A program made the position numbers and the translations under genes. 64,000 nt of DNA. Source: Heptranchias perlo. Lineage: Eukaryota. Every line of letters begins with the position of its first letter. The stretch's first letter is position 1. Location of the stretch: assembly GCF_035084215.1 (NCBI RefSeq), contig NW_027139442.1, positions 11,098,001 to 11,162,000 on the forward strand, read 5' to 3'. A model generated the notes under the pieces. That model was not told where the DNA came from. It searched no databases and saw nothing but the letters and a program-made list of their open reading frames with translations. This document shows, one piece after another, positions 27,351-40,117 of this stretch.

Positions 27351-27459
27351 TACTTTAACCGCTGTAGTAATGTAATATATTAACGTAGACCGGGGTCAAC
27401 TGTGATCAATAGGTCAGTCTCTTCAGACAGTAACCAGCCCTTTCACAGATACAGTGGGT

Positions 27460-27475
27460 GGCTCTGAAAAGAGCC
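27460..27475 (-). terminator. Histone 3' stem-loop (H2A)
   Basis: GGCTCTTTTCAGAGCC ACCCA on the minus strand. Confidence 0.93.
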
Positions 27476-27506
27476 TTTGGTTTTATCAGATTAAATCTTG
27501 GCCGAT

Positions 27507-27956
<450 letters not shown>

Positions 27957-28871
27957 TTATACCTTCTGGAGGAGTACAGTGGGGACAATTGTGATTGGTC
28001 CATCTGTCCTCACTCTCATTGGTTCAACGAACAGTCCAATCAGAGAGACGTTTTATTCACCAATCAATAGCCGGCAATGCGAAAAAGGCGGAAAATACCG
28101 AACTGAACCGTTTTTTTGAAATTTGAAAAGCCCGCCAATATATTTGTAACACCAGAAGCGGATTTAGTAAATAATGTCGCGTAAAGACAAAGGTTTAAAA
28201 ATCTCTCTCCTTTTACTCTGTTATTCCACATTTTCCGTCACAACTTCCAGAATCTTTTACATTCCAGTTAGAAGTCGCTTCATTCTCCGTTCGCTTTCAA
28301 TCCGGCGGGAATAAAGCCCCATTTTGTAACGGGACAGATTCCAGCTCAATCTTTGTAATAGTAACAAACCACGGATTGTGGATTGATCCCTGTTCACAGG
28401 AGCTGCAGCGCGAGCGAAACCGGAGCCGAGACTCCTGGTGTAAGAAGTCGAACAGTTACAGAGTCTTTAGACTATTCTGTACTCGGTGTGAAGTCCCTTT
28501 CAGCGTTGCTGCATTTCAAAGGATTGCGGTTCTGAAAGTGATATTCCGGAATAATGAACAAATAAACGTGAAAAGGAGAAAGAAATGACTGAACTCTAAT
28601 CCACCGCCTTAAGACGGCTCTGAAGGGGCAGATGCGGAGGAAGGGGCGGAATATGAACGGGAATGAGAGGATCAGGGACACGATTTTTGTTCTTGGGAAT
28701 AAATAAAAAGCGACGCACAGATTATACCTGGCAGTGATTATGAGAATCTTCCAGATTTCAAGAGAAATTACAAAAGCAGAAGTTATATAGAGACAGTTGG
28801 TATCAAACTATCGACAGTAAAATGAGTCCATGCAGAAGTGTCGGTACAGCGTCTTCAGAGAGACTGTGGGT

Positions 28872-28887
28872 GGCTCTTAAAAGAGCC
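28872..28887 (-). terminator. Histone 3' stem-loop (H2B)
   Basis: GGCTCTTTTAAGAGCC ACCCA on the minus strand. Confidence 0.93.
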
Positions 28888-28925
28888 TTTTTGTTTAAGT
28901 TTCTTTTTCAGTTGATTGTGGAGTT

Positions 28926-29300
28926 TTACTTGGAGCTGGTGTATTTGGTCACCGCCTTTGTCCCTTCCGACACGGCGTGTTTGGCCAGTTCCCCGGGCAG
29001 CAGCAGGCGCACGGCGGTCTGGATCTCCCGGGAGCTGATGGTGTGGCGTTTATTATAATGGGCCAGGCGGGAAGCCTCACTCGCGATGCGCTCGAAAATA
29101 TCGTTCACAAAGGAGTTCATGATGCTCATGGCCTTGGAGGAGATGCCGGTGTCAGGGTGAACCTGCTTCATCACTTTGTAGATGTAGATGGAGTAACTCT
29201 CCTTCCTCGACTTTCTCCGCTTCTTGCCGCCCTTGGCTGGTGCTTTACTCAAGGTTTTCTTGGCGCCCTTCTTGGGAGCTGCTTTCTTGTCCTCAGGCAT
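28926..29300 (-). CDS. H2B: Histone H2B (124 aa)
   Basis: ATG at 29300 ([11 protein letters not shown]...[27 protein letters not shown]...TKYTSSK). Confidence 0.98.
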   Translation of the reverse strand: MPEDKKAAPKKGAKKTLSKAPAKGGKKRRKSRKESYSIYIYKVMKQVHPDTGISSKAMSIMNSFVNDIFERIASEASRLAHYNKRHTISSREIQTAVRLLLPGELAKHAVSEGTKAVTKYTSSK

Positions 29301-29744
29301 TTTCAAACTCAATTTCAGACCCAGAAATGATTCAAATCTGCTCCGAGCTCGGGTTCAATCGGCAGCCCCACAGCCCTATGGTAATGAGGGATGGGGGAAG
29401 GCATGTTGTGATTGGCTCATTGGGAGTGATGCTCTGTCACCGTTTCCTTTCACTCTCTGATAGGTTTCTTCAAATAACCAATCAGATTTAGAACCTGCCA
29501 CCAACCACAAACACGCTCACACTGCACATTGTCCGGTTTCAGCAATTTGTTCCGAACTGTTGCAGTTCTGCTTCCGGCCAGTAGATGTCCCCAAACCCCG
29601 GGTCATTGAAGTTTACAGATGAGAGAGGGACAGAATATAAACTCATTCTTCACATTATATTGCAAGAGTTGGATTTCGAAAAACTCCGAATGGAGAACAT
29701 TTTGTTAGACCAAACATTCGTTGTAATGCTGTATTGAATGCTTG

Positions 29745-30760
29745 TAATTAATTTAGGGTGTAGAGCCTATAGTGAGGAAGAATCTAACAAAATTCAAGAA
29801 GACTTCAATAAGCTTGCTGAAAGGCGATGTAAATGGCCATTGAATTACCATAAAGAAAGTTGTGAGGTGGTGCATTTTACTAGGGGGATTAAGGAGGCCA
29901 CGTACTGCTTGGAAAATAAGAGTCTAAATGGGGTAGAAGAGCAAAGGGGTTTAGGGTTACAGATTGACAAATCATTAAAAGTAGCAACACAGGTTGATAA
30001 GGCCACAGAAAGCAAACACAGAGGTTTATTTCTCGAGGAATAGAATTGAAAAGCAGATAAGTTATGTTGAACTGTAATTTAAACTTTCAAACCTTCTGTC
30101 AAACTGTTAAACCTTCCCTTTCTGAAATCCGTGCCATCTATTCTTTATTATATTTTCGGTTTCTAGATGTTTTTCTGTTGCTTCGTTGAGTAAAAGATTC
30201 CATGATTATTCCTACCACCGACCTTTAGTTAACTGGTCTATAGTTCCCTGGACTTGTTCTATCTCCTGTTTTAAATCATAAGAATGCTATTAACTTTCAT
30301 CTAGTCGTCTGGTACTATTCCTTTTTGTGATTATTTTTTCCTATATATGTAACAGTGCCTCTGCTATCTCTTCCCTTGTTTCATTTAATATGTGCGGATG
30401 CAATCCATCTGGACCAGGAGTTCAACCACCATTTTCAACATAAATGTCTTGATATCTTTATTGACCTCTTCCTCTAATATGAAATTCACCCTGTTAATCT
30501 CCCGGGTAAATACTGAGCAAAGTAATAATTCAATATTTCTGCCATTTCGCTGACATTACCTGTGAGTTTATCTTATGAATCCCTGAGTGGCACTCAAGAT
30601 ATTCTGATATTCTTTCTGTTATTTTTGTGTCTGTAGAATAATTTACTATTTCTTTTTACATTCCTTGATAATTTGATTTCGTGGTTCCTGTTTGCTTCCC
30701 TAATTATTTTTGTGACTTCTTCCTAACCTCTTCCTAACGCTTTTGTCATCCTGTTTTTTA
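29745..30760. mobile_element. CR1 fragments (plus strand ~29745-30075, minus strand ~30115-30760)
   Basis: KIQED.NKLAE...CEVVHF.RG...LNGVEEQR.LG on plus; PGNYRPV and PGPDGLHP motifs on minus. Confidence 0.7.
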
Positions 30761-30916
30761 ATATCTATGAATGAGAAATTCCACCAGCTTGTTGTGTCTT
30801 TTCAGGGGCTGATGTTTGGGAACTATTTATTGTCTGTGATTAAAATGCCAGAAACCCAAAGGGCGCAATTCAGTCCGAAATTCCACAGAAACACACTATA
30901 TCCACCTCCGAGTGAA

Positions 30917-30990
30917 ATAAGGCGCTATAATAGTGAGTATAGCTGCCTTCCAAACAGTTAATTCCAACAGGTTTGAATCCCAGCCCGCTC
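30917..30990 (+). pseudogene. Highly degenerate tRNA-Gly(TCC) remnant
   Basis: TAGTGAGTATAGCTGCCTTCCAAACAGTT...GGTTTGAATCCCAGCC matches the D/anticodon arm and B-box region of tRNA-Gly-TCC; acceptor stem lost. Confidence 0.55.
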
Positions 30991-31264
30991 AATTCAGAAT
31001 CACCAAGACTGGAACCGAATTTGATGATGTTCAGAGCGATAATTTTTCCAAACGGGTCTAATTTATATAAAAAATACTTTTAGAATTCATTTCTGCCCCC
31101 ATAACGTTGAATTTAACTTTGTCCCTTGGTATTATTATTTGTCCTGACCTGTATCGTGGATACGAGACACAATTGCCCACATTCAGTGAAATTAATTGAT
31201 TTTCTGAAGTTTTTCCCTCTGCTGATTCCCGTTCCTTATTTAAATTATATCGGATTAAACTTTC

Positions 31265-31372
31265 TGATCTATAGAAGGGTCATAGTCCTGAACCGTTAAC
31301 CCGAGATTCAATTCTCCACAGATGCTGTCGGACCTGCTGAGTCTCTCCAGCAGTTTCATTTTTATTTTTTTC
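31265..31372 (+). mobile_element. Degenerate 3' end of a second Penelope-like/short repeat family
   Basis: GAAGGGTCATAGTCCTGAACCGTTAAC...TCTCCACAGATGCTGTCGGACCTGCTGAGTCTCTCCAGCAGTTT resembles the common elasmobranch repeat with CUGAUGA..GAAACGUU; catalytic core decayed. Confidence 0.5.
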
Positions 31373-31469
31373 TATATTTTATCCCTTTCACTTTTGACGG
31401 TCGCAATTAAAACTTCCAGCTTTGTGCTCAGTTTTTATATGTGTTTTATTTCGATTGATTTGAATTAAT

Positions 31470-34400
31470 CTAAATCGTGTCCTGAGAAATCAGAAAGAAA
31501 TATTGCGCAATGTAGAGTGAAACATAATGTGGAAATTGATAACTTTTCAATGAGCGAAACAAAAACTTTATTATGAATCAATTGTCTTCATTTTTCAATG
31601 TCAAAATATGAAAAAATACGAGAGTAGAAGTTACAGAGAGAAACTATTTCCTCACATTGCACTTTGTCCTGTTTCTGTCACAACGATGTGAATTTGTTCC
31701 AATCTGTTACAGTTCTCCCTTACGGCCAGTAGATGTCAGACTCTATATTCATTCTGTATCTGTCAGTCTCCAGTACTGCATGTGAGTGTGAGATTAATTC
31801 TCTATCCGTCAGTGTCTGGTACTGTGTGTGAGTGTGGAATTCATTGTGAATCTCTCAGTCTCCAGTACAGTCTGTGAGTGTGGGATTCATTCTGTATCTG
31901 GTACAGTGTGAGAGTGTGACATTCATTTTGTATCTGTCAGTCTCTGGTAACTGCATGTGAGTGTGGGATTCATTCTGTATATATCAGTCTCTGGTACTGT
32001 GTGTGAGTGTGGGATTCATTCTGTATCTGTCAGTCTCTGGTACTGTGTGTGTGAATGTGGGACTCATTCTGAATCTGTCAGTCTCTGGTACTGTGTGTGA
32101 GTGTGGGATTCATTCTTTGTCTGTCAGTCTCTGGTTCTATCTGTGAGTGTGGGATTCATTCTGTGACCGTCAGTCTCTGATATTTTAGCTCAGTGTGGGA
32201 TTCATTCTGTTACTCAGTCTCTGGGACAAAATGCAAGTCTAGATTCTTTCTGTATTCTTATATCAGGTTAAAGTGTGTTGCTTGAAACTGTATCTTTAAT
32301 ACATTAATGTATGCACAGTCCTTTGTCTTGCGTTAATTTGTAAATATGGATACACTTATGGATTTTGTTTTAATCAAACAATGTGTGAGTTTTGGTGTGG
32401 GATTACATCTTAATCTCTGTGAAGACCATTGTAAATGATAATGTACATTTCAATCTATTACTATGAAATTATTGGACTGGTATTTATTAAGTAGCTCAGT
32501 CTGGGCTGGTGGAATTGATACTTTATCTTTCAAGCTGACACTGTGTGATTTTCGGATGTGTATGTAAGGTGTAGCTCAGTCTGCATTAATGGTATTGATA
32601 ATGTATCTTTCAGGCTGACACTGTGTGCTATACTTGGACTGGTGTGTAAGGAATAAATCAGTCTGCACTCATGGAATTGATGCCGTACTTTCAGCATCAG
32701 CTTGAAGAGAATATTGGACTGGTATATAATGTGTTGCTTAGTCTACACTAATAGGATTCATACTGTATGTTTCAGAATGATAATAAATATACGAATTTTG
32801 GACTGTATACAATATGTAGCTCAGTCTGCACTAATGGAAGTGAAACTATGCCTTTCAGTTTGATACTGAATGTGATTTTTGGACTGTATATAATGTGTAG
32901 CTCAGTCTGCACTACTGGGATTCATATTGTATCTTTCAGCATGACCCTGAATGTTTTTTTTGGACTGTATAAAATGTGTAGCTCAGCCTGCACAAATGAA
33001 ATTGAGTCTGTATCTTTCAAGCTGACACTGATTTTTTTTTTGAACTGGTATGCAATGTGTAGCTCAGTCTGCACTAATAGAATTGATTCTATCTCATTCA
33101 TTCTGATACTGTATGAGATTTTTGGACAGGTATCTAATGTGTACCTCTGTCTACAGTAAAGAAATTGAGATTGTATCTTCCAGTACGTTACTGTATTCAA
33201 ATTTTGGAAGATATCTAATGTGTAGCTCAATCTGCACTAATGGAATTGATAGTGTATGTTTCAACCTGACACTGTATACCAGTCCTGAAATCATATTCAA
33301 TGTGTAGCTCAGAATGCAGTGAAGATATTGATACTCTGCCTTTCAGTTTGACACTGAATGTGATTTTTGGACAGGTATTTAATGTGTCGCTCAGTCTACA
33401 CTAATGAGATTGATACTGTATCTTTCAGTCTGCTACTGTGTGAGATTTGTATACTGGTATGTATCGTTTAGCTCAGCCAGTACCAATCAAATCGAAACTG
33501 TATCTTTCAGTTTGAAAGTGAATGTCAGTGACAGGTATCTAATGTGTATTTCACTCTGTCCTGATGGAATTGATACTGTATCTTTCAATCTGACACTGAG
33601 ATTTTTGGACTGGCATGTGATGTGTAGCTCAGTCTGCATTAATGGAATGGATACTGTGTCTTTCATTCTGATACGCTATGAGAATTTTGGATTGGTATCT
33701 GATGTGTACCTCAGTCTGCAGTAAAGGAATTGAAACTGTACATTTCATTCTGATACTATGAGGTTTTTTGGACAAATATGTGAGTCAAACATGGGTAACA
33801 TCTGAACTGCTATCTAATTTGTATCTCAGTGTACAATATTGGCATGAATACTGCATCTTTAAACTCATAATGTGTGTGAGTTGTGGGCTGATATTTAATT
33901 TGAATCTTGGGGTACACTATTGGGAGTCATTCTGTACATAACAATCGGTACCATGTGTCAGTTCTATCGGGTATTTAATTTGTAGCTAAGGCTGAACTAA
34001 TGTGAGATTGACACAGTGCCTTTCAATCTGATACTGGGTGTGATTTTGGACTGGGAATTAATTAACTGCGGTCAGCGTTACTGAGTTGTTGTGAAATGGA
34101 AATTCCGTCAGTCTCTCCTGCTCTGTTTGACTGTTGGATTGGGATCAGTGTAGGACTGACTATTTCTGCTGTCTGAGACTGTGGGTCTCATGACTTGTCT
34201 GTGTCTCTGTGCTTTGTTTTTGATAATGTACATACTGTGTGTGAGGAGGAGCTGGCTGCACTGTTCCTTGTGCCTCGGGTGGAGGTAACATCACACTGAT
34301 TCTGGGTCTTTCAAGGATTTGACTGTAGAAAGAGAAAGTATCTCTTGTAACTCAAGAACAGGTGAGGTAGAAAATACAAAAGTGATCAATTGAATCTCTG

Positions 34401-34772
34401 TTAGTAATCATTGTAATATCCACAAATGAAAACCAGCGATACAAACAGTGTCAGTGTCTGACTGCACTGCAGCACTCAGCTTCTGCACACCAGGGGTATT
34501 GGGTTATTTTACAACAATTTATTGAAATCTAGACACAACCCAACCCCTGCACTGATCCATGAATGGGACTACCCGATGGGGCAGGGACCTTTGTACAGGT
34601 CAGCTTTCTAATCCCCTCTCCCATGGGACTATCCGTTCAACCGAAACATAACAGCCGCTGTTTAAAATGTGTCCGTCACACTTTTCACCTGATGCCTCCA
34701 ATGGATGCTCTCTGTCTAATTCCCCATATCCTTACTTTCCGGCACTATTTGCTTTTCAATAACAAACAATAA
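31470..34772 (+). repeat. Composite macro-repeat unit D (truncated before the promoter cassette)
   Basis: 46-bp array 31735-32260, 81-bp array 32460-33780, then the unique spacer shared with A/B/C ending abruptly at ~34770. Confidence 0.85.
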
Positions 34773-34789
34773 AGGTTAATGGGCAGGTT

Positions 34790-35245
34790 AAAAAAAATCA
34801 GATTTGAATCCTGCCACCAATCAAAAACACGCTCACACTGCACATTGTCCGGTTTCAGCAATTTGTTCCGAACTGTTGCAGTTCTGCATCCGGCCAGTAG
34901 ATGTCCCCAAACCCCGGGTCATTGAAGTTTACAGATGAGAGAGGGACAGAAGATAAACTCATTCTTCACATTATATTGCACGGGTGGCATTTAGAAAAAC
35001 TGGGAATGGAGACGAGCTACAAGTACATTTTGTTGGATCAAACACTACTTGTAATGCTGTGTTAAATTTCGGGAGTATTGTCTATACTGAGGATGACTGT
35101 GACAAAATCAGCTTGCTGAACGGCCGTGTGAATGTCCATTCAATTTCAATATAGAAAAGTGTGAGGTGCTACATTTTGCCAGGGGGAATAAGGAGGCCAC
35201 GTACTGCTTGGAAAATAAGAATCTAAATGGGGTAGAGGAGCAATG
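34790..35245 (-). promoter_or_regulatory. Orphan duplicate of the H2B upstream flank (no H2B CDS)
   Basis: Matches 29478-29945 and 48295-48750 (CCTGCCACCAATCA...CACTGCACATTGTCCGGTTTCAGCAATTTGTTCCG). Confidence 0.8.
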
Positions 35246-36720
35246 TAAATCGTGTCCTGAGAAATCAGAGAGAAATACTGCGCAATGTACAGTGAAATAT
35301 AATGGGGCAAATTCACAACTATCGAATGAGTAAAACAAAAACTTTATTATGAATGAATTGTCTTCATTTTTCACTGTCAAAATGCGCAAAAATACGAGAT
35401 AGAAGTTACAGACAGAAACTTTCCTCACATTGCAGATTGTCCTGTTTCTGTAACGACAGATCATGTGAATTTGTTCCTCTCTTTTACAGTTCTCGCTTAC
35501 GTCCAGTAGAGGTCAGTCTCTGGCATTGTATATGAGAGTGGTGTTTATTCTGTATCTGTCTGTCTCTGGTACTGTGCGTGAGTTTGGGATTCATTTTGTA
35601 TCTATCAGTCTCAAGTACTGAGTGTGAGCATGGGGTATATTCTGCATCTGTCAGTCTCAGGTACTGTATATAAGTGATGGATTCATTCTCTATCTGTCAG
35701 TCTCTGGTGCTGTATGTGAGTGTGGGATACATTCTGTACCTGTCAGTCTCTGGTGCTTTCTGTGAGTGTGGGATACATTCTGTATCTGCCATTCTCTGCA
35801 ACTTTATCTCAGTGTGGGATTCATTCTGTAATTCAGTCTCTGAAACAATGTACAAGTCTGGATTCATTCTGTATTCTTATTTCAGTTTACAGTATCGTAT
35901 TTGAAACTGTAACTTTAATACTTTAAATCATATACAGTTCTTTGTCGAGTATTTAATTTGTAAATATGGATACACTTTTCGATTTTCTTTAATCAAACAA
36001 CGTTTATGAGTTTTGGAGTGGGATTACATCTTAATCTCTGAACTCTATTGTGAATGATAATGTACCTTTCATTCTGTTCATGGTGAAATTACTGGACTTG
36101 TATGTAATGTGTAGCTCATTCTGCAATACTGGGATTAAGCCTGTATTTGAGTCTAACACTGTATGATATATTTGGACTGGTGAGTAATATGTAGCTCATC
36201 CTGCAATAAAGGAATTGATACTGTATCCATCAGTCTGATATTGTATGAGATTTTTGGACTGGAATGTGAGGTGTAGCTCAGTCTGCACTAATGGAAGTGA
36301 TACTGAATCTTTCAATGTGATACTGCATCAGATTTTTGGACTCGTATGTAACATGTAGCTCAGTCTGTGCTAATGGAATTGATATTATATCTTTGAGTCT
36401 GACATGGTAAGAGATTCTTGGACTGCTCTATATTGTGTGGCTCAGTCTGCACTAATGAAATTGCTACTGTATCTTTCAGTCTAACATTGTATGAGATTTT
36501 TGAACTGGTATGTAATGTGTAGCTCAGTCTGTACCAATGGTATTGATACTGTATTTTTCATTATAATACTGTATGAATATTTAGCAATGTATATAATACG
36601 TAACTCAGTCTGCACCAGATCTTTCAATCTGACACTGAGATTTTTGGATTGGTATGTGATGTGCAACTCAGTCTGCAGTAACATGACTGTGAGATTCATT
36701 CTGTGTCTGTCAATCGGTGG

Positions 36721-36759
<39 letters not shown>

Positions 36760-36835
36760 ATTCATTCTGTATCTGTCATTCCCTGGTACTGTGTGTGAAT
36801 GTAGAATTCATTCTGTACCTTGGGTCACTCTCTGG

Positions 36836-36871
<36 letters not shown>

Positions 36872-39139
36872 TTCATTCTGTATCTGTCAGTCTCTGGCAC
36901 TGTGTGATTGTGGGATTCCTTCCGTATTTCTCAAATCCTGGTAATGTGTGTGAGTGTGGGATACATTCTGTATATGTATGTCCAAGGTACTGTGTGTGAG
37001 TGTGGAATTCATTATGTTCCTGCCAGTCTCTGGTACTGTCTGTGAGTGTATGTTTCATTCTGTATCTGTTAGTCTCTGGTATTGTCTGTGAGTGTGGGTT
37101 TCATTCGGTATCTGTCAATCTCTGGTTTGTATGTGAGTGTGGGATTCATTCTGTATATGTCAGTCTCTGTTACTGTGTGTGAGTGAGATTCAGTCTGTTC
37201 CTGCCAGTCTCTGGTACTGTGTGTGAGTGTGGGATTCATTCTGTATATGTCAGTCTCTGTTACTGTGTGTGAGTGAGATTCAGTCTGTTCTTGTTAGTTC
37301 CTGGTACTGTCTGCGAGTGTGGGTTTCATTCGATATACACCTTCGCTGGTACTGTGCGTGTGTGTTAATTTATTTCCATATATGCAGTTTCTCATACTGT
37401 ATGTTAGTTTGGGATTCATTCTGAATCTCAGTATCAGGTAGCTTGTATGAGTGTGGGATTCATTCTTTACCTGTAAGTCTCTTGCGCTTTATGAGTGTGT
37501 GGGATGTACTCGTTATCTGTCAGTCCTTGTCACTGTATGTCAGTGTGGGATTCATTCTGTATCTGTCAGTCTTTGGTACTGTGTGAGAGATTGGGATTCC
37601 TTCTGCATCTGTCAGTCTCTGGTACGTTATGTGAGTGTGAGATTCATTCTGTATCTGCCGATAATTTTCTCTCAGATTATATTATTGCATTCAATGCTGT
37701 AGCTTTAATATCTTAATGTTTAAATAGTTTTTCTCATTATTTAAATGGTAAATATGGATACACTTTAGGATTTGATGCTGGAAGATTTCAATCAGATAAT
37801 TTGTGCGCTTTTTGGACTATGATTAAATCGGTATCTCTGTGAACACAAATTTGAATGATAATGTATCTTTCAAACTGATGTGGTGATATGTTTGGACTGG
37901 TATGTAATGTGTAATTCAGTCGGTGCTAATAGAATTGAAACGGTATCATTAAATCTCAAAATGAGTGTATTATAAACTGGTATCTAATTTGTTTCTCATG
38001 TTATGCTGTCACAGCATTTCTCAATCCAATTGTTTGTATGAGAGTTTTGGACTGGTATGCAATTTATATCTCATGATGCACTATTCGAATCGAAACTACA
38101 TGTATTAAACTCATACGTGTGTGAGAATTCTGGGCCAGTATTCAATTTGAATCTCGGGGTACATTATTGGGATTCATTCTGTACCTTTCCATTGGATTTC
38201 ATGTGTGATTTCTGTCTGATATTTAATTCGTAGCTAATGTTCCTCTACTGTGAGATTGACAATCTGAAAGCGTGACTTTGGACTGGGTTTTTTGTATCTA
38301 CCTTTTCGGGTAGATACTAGTAGATACTGAGTTAGGGCGAAATGGAAAAAGCGTCTGCCTCAACTGCTCTGTTTCCCTGTTGGATTGAAAATGTGTCTCC
38401 GAATCTTGGGATCAGTCTGAGACTGAATAATTGTGATGCCTGTGACTGTGGAACTGATGACCTGTCTGTGTCTCTGTGCTCTGTGAGTGATAATGTACCT
38501 ACCGTGTGTGAGAAGGAGCTGGCTGCACTGTTCCTTGTGCCTCGGGTGGAGGAAACATCACATTTATTCTTGGCCCTTCAATTATTTGCCTGTTGGAAGA
38601 AAAAGTAACTGTTGTAACTCCAGAACCAGAGAGGAAGATAATACAAAGGTGATCAGTTTAATCTCTCTGTTAATGATCATTATGAAAACCAGCCATACAA
38701 ACAGTGTCAGTGTCTGAATCCACTGCAGTAATGAAGCACTCAGCTTCTGCATATCAGGTGTGTTGGGCTGTTTTAGAACAATTTAGTGACATCCAGACAC
38801 AACCCAACCCCTGCACTGATCCATGAATGGGACGACCCGATGGGGCGGGGACCTATGCACAGGTCAGGTTTCTAATGCTCTCTCCCAGAGGACTAAACAT
38901 TCAACCGAAACCAAACAGCCGCTGTTTAAAATGTGTCCTTCACACTTCTCACCTGAGGCCTGCAATAGACGCTCTTTGTATAACTCCCCACATCCTTACT
39001 GTCCGGCTCTGGTTCCACTCTTCACTGTCCAATAACAATAAACAGGGTGAGACTGGAACTAAACCAGGACCATTCACGACTGGTTTGGGGAGAGAAAGCA
39101 GCAATGATTTTAAATAGCAGTTTCTTCCCATTCTGACTC

Positions 39140-39535
39140 ACTTACCCTGGACACACCCTGTGCACACACAGCCCGAGAATGACCTCTCCCTTCCCCCGCT
39201 CACTCCATGTTCCGGGACCAGTTCCTGATCCACTCCGCCTCTTACAAACAGCCCCCGGACTCCCCCTGACCTTCCCCCGGACTCAATGCCGATCTCTGAG
39301 CCCATCTGCGGACACGGTCCCGAAGCGATGAGCTGCTGTAACGAGGCTGCTCTTTGCTCCCTTCCCCCGGGGGCCGTGATCTCTCCATTACCGGCTGTTT
39401 CAAACCATCTTCTTCCGCTCACTGAGGGAATGGTGCCCACAGGCCGAGCTGGGGGAGGGGAGCGCGCATGCGCTCTTCTGCTCACCAATTATCAGCTATG
39501 GGGGCGGGGCTGAGTCACGCATGCGCAGATATCTG
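39140..39535 (-). promoter_or_regulatory. Repeated CpG promoter plus first-exon-like cassette, copy B
   Basis: GCGCGCATGCGC and CGCATGCGCA (NRF1), GGGGCGGGG, TGAGTCA; consensus donor CCAGG|GTAAGT at 39146/39145 on minus. Confidence 0.6.
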
Positions 39536-39929
39536 TTTTAATTCCCAATACAAAAATCGATGGAAACTTTCCCCAATTGGAATTTTTCAGAGTCTGAGCA
39601 AAGGAAGTGGGTCTGGGGGAAAGGTCAGAGGGAATGGGGTCCACAGGCAGTGCAGGAACAGGCACCAGAATGGGAAACAGATGGGATTCCACCAGTGCCT
39701 AACGCTGGAATCCAGACTGACTTTACAATCTCTGACTATTAAACTAGATGTTTCCATCCCTGCTGTTTTTCTCGGTATCTTTTGATGGTAAAGAGTCTTT
39801 CAGAGATAAAGTGGACGGCTGTGGAATGAGCCAATGGGTTCTGTTCATTCTTGGACTCTGCACTGATAATAGATCGTGTAACTCCGAAACAGGAGGGAGG
39901 ATTCCTCAAACCATTCCTGGAAAAATATA

Positions 39930-40117
39930 ATTGTAAACAATTTTACAACACCAAGTTATAGTCCAGCAATTTTATTTTAAATTCACAAGCTTTCGGAGAT
40001 TTTCTCCTTCCTCAGGCAAATGTAACATATTTAAAATAAAATTGCTGGACTATAACTTGGTGTTGTAAAATTATTTACAATTGTCAACCCCAGTCCATCA
40101 CCGGCATCTCCACATCA
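39930..40117 (+). mobile_element. Short Penelope-like fold-back insertion, copy 2
   Basis: 12-bp TSD TGGAAAAATATA at 39918-39929 and 40118-40129; ~53-bp inverted arms around an antisense hammerhead; empty site in paralogs (~54193 and ~19715). Confidence 0.85.
39981..40021 (-). ncRNA. Minimal type I hammerhead ribozyme motif
   Basis: Minus strand AUUUGC CUGAGGA A GGAGA-AAA-UCUCC GAA AGCU U GUGAAU. Confidence 0.7.

Noticed and set aside
32767-33159. Cys-rich ORFs in the 81-bp and 46-bp satellites, and 13-aa repeat ORFs in the 39-bp arrays
   Set aside because: Translation of tandem repeats with frequent stops and no conserved frame.
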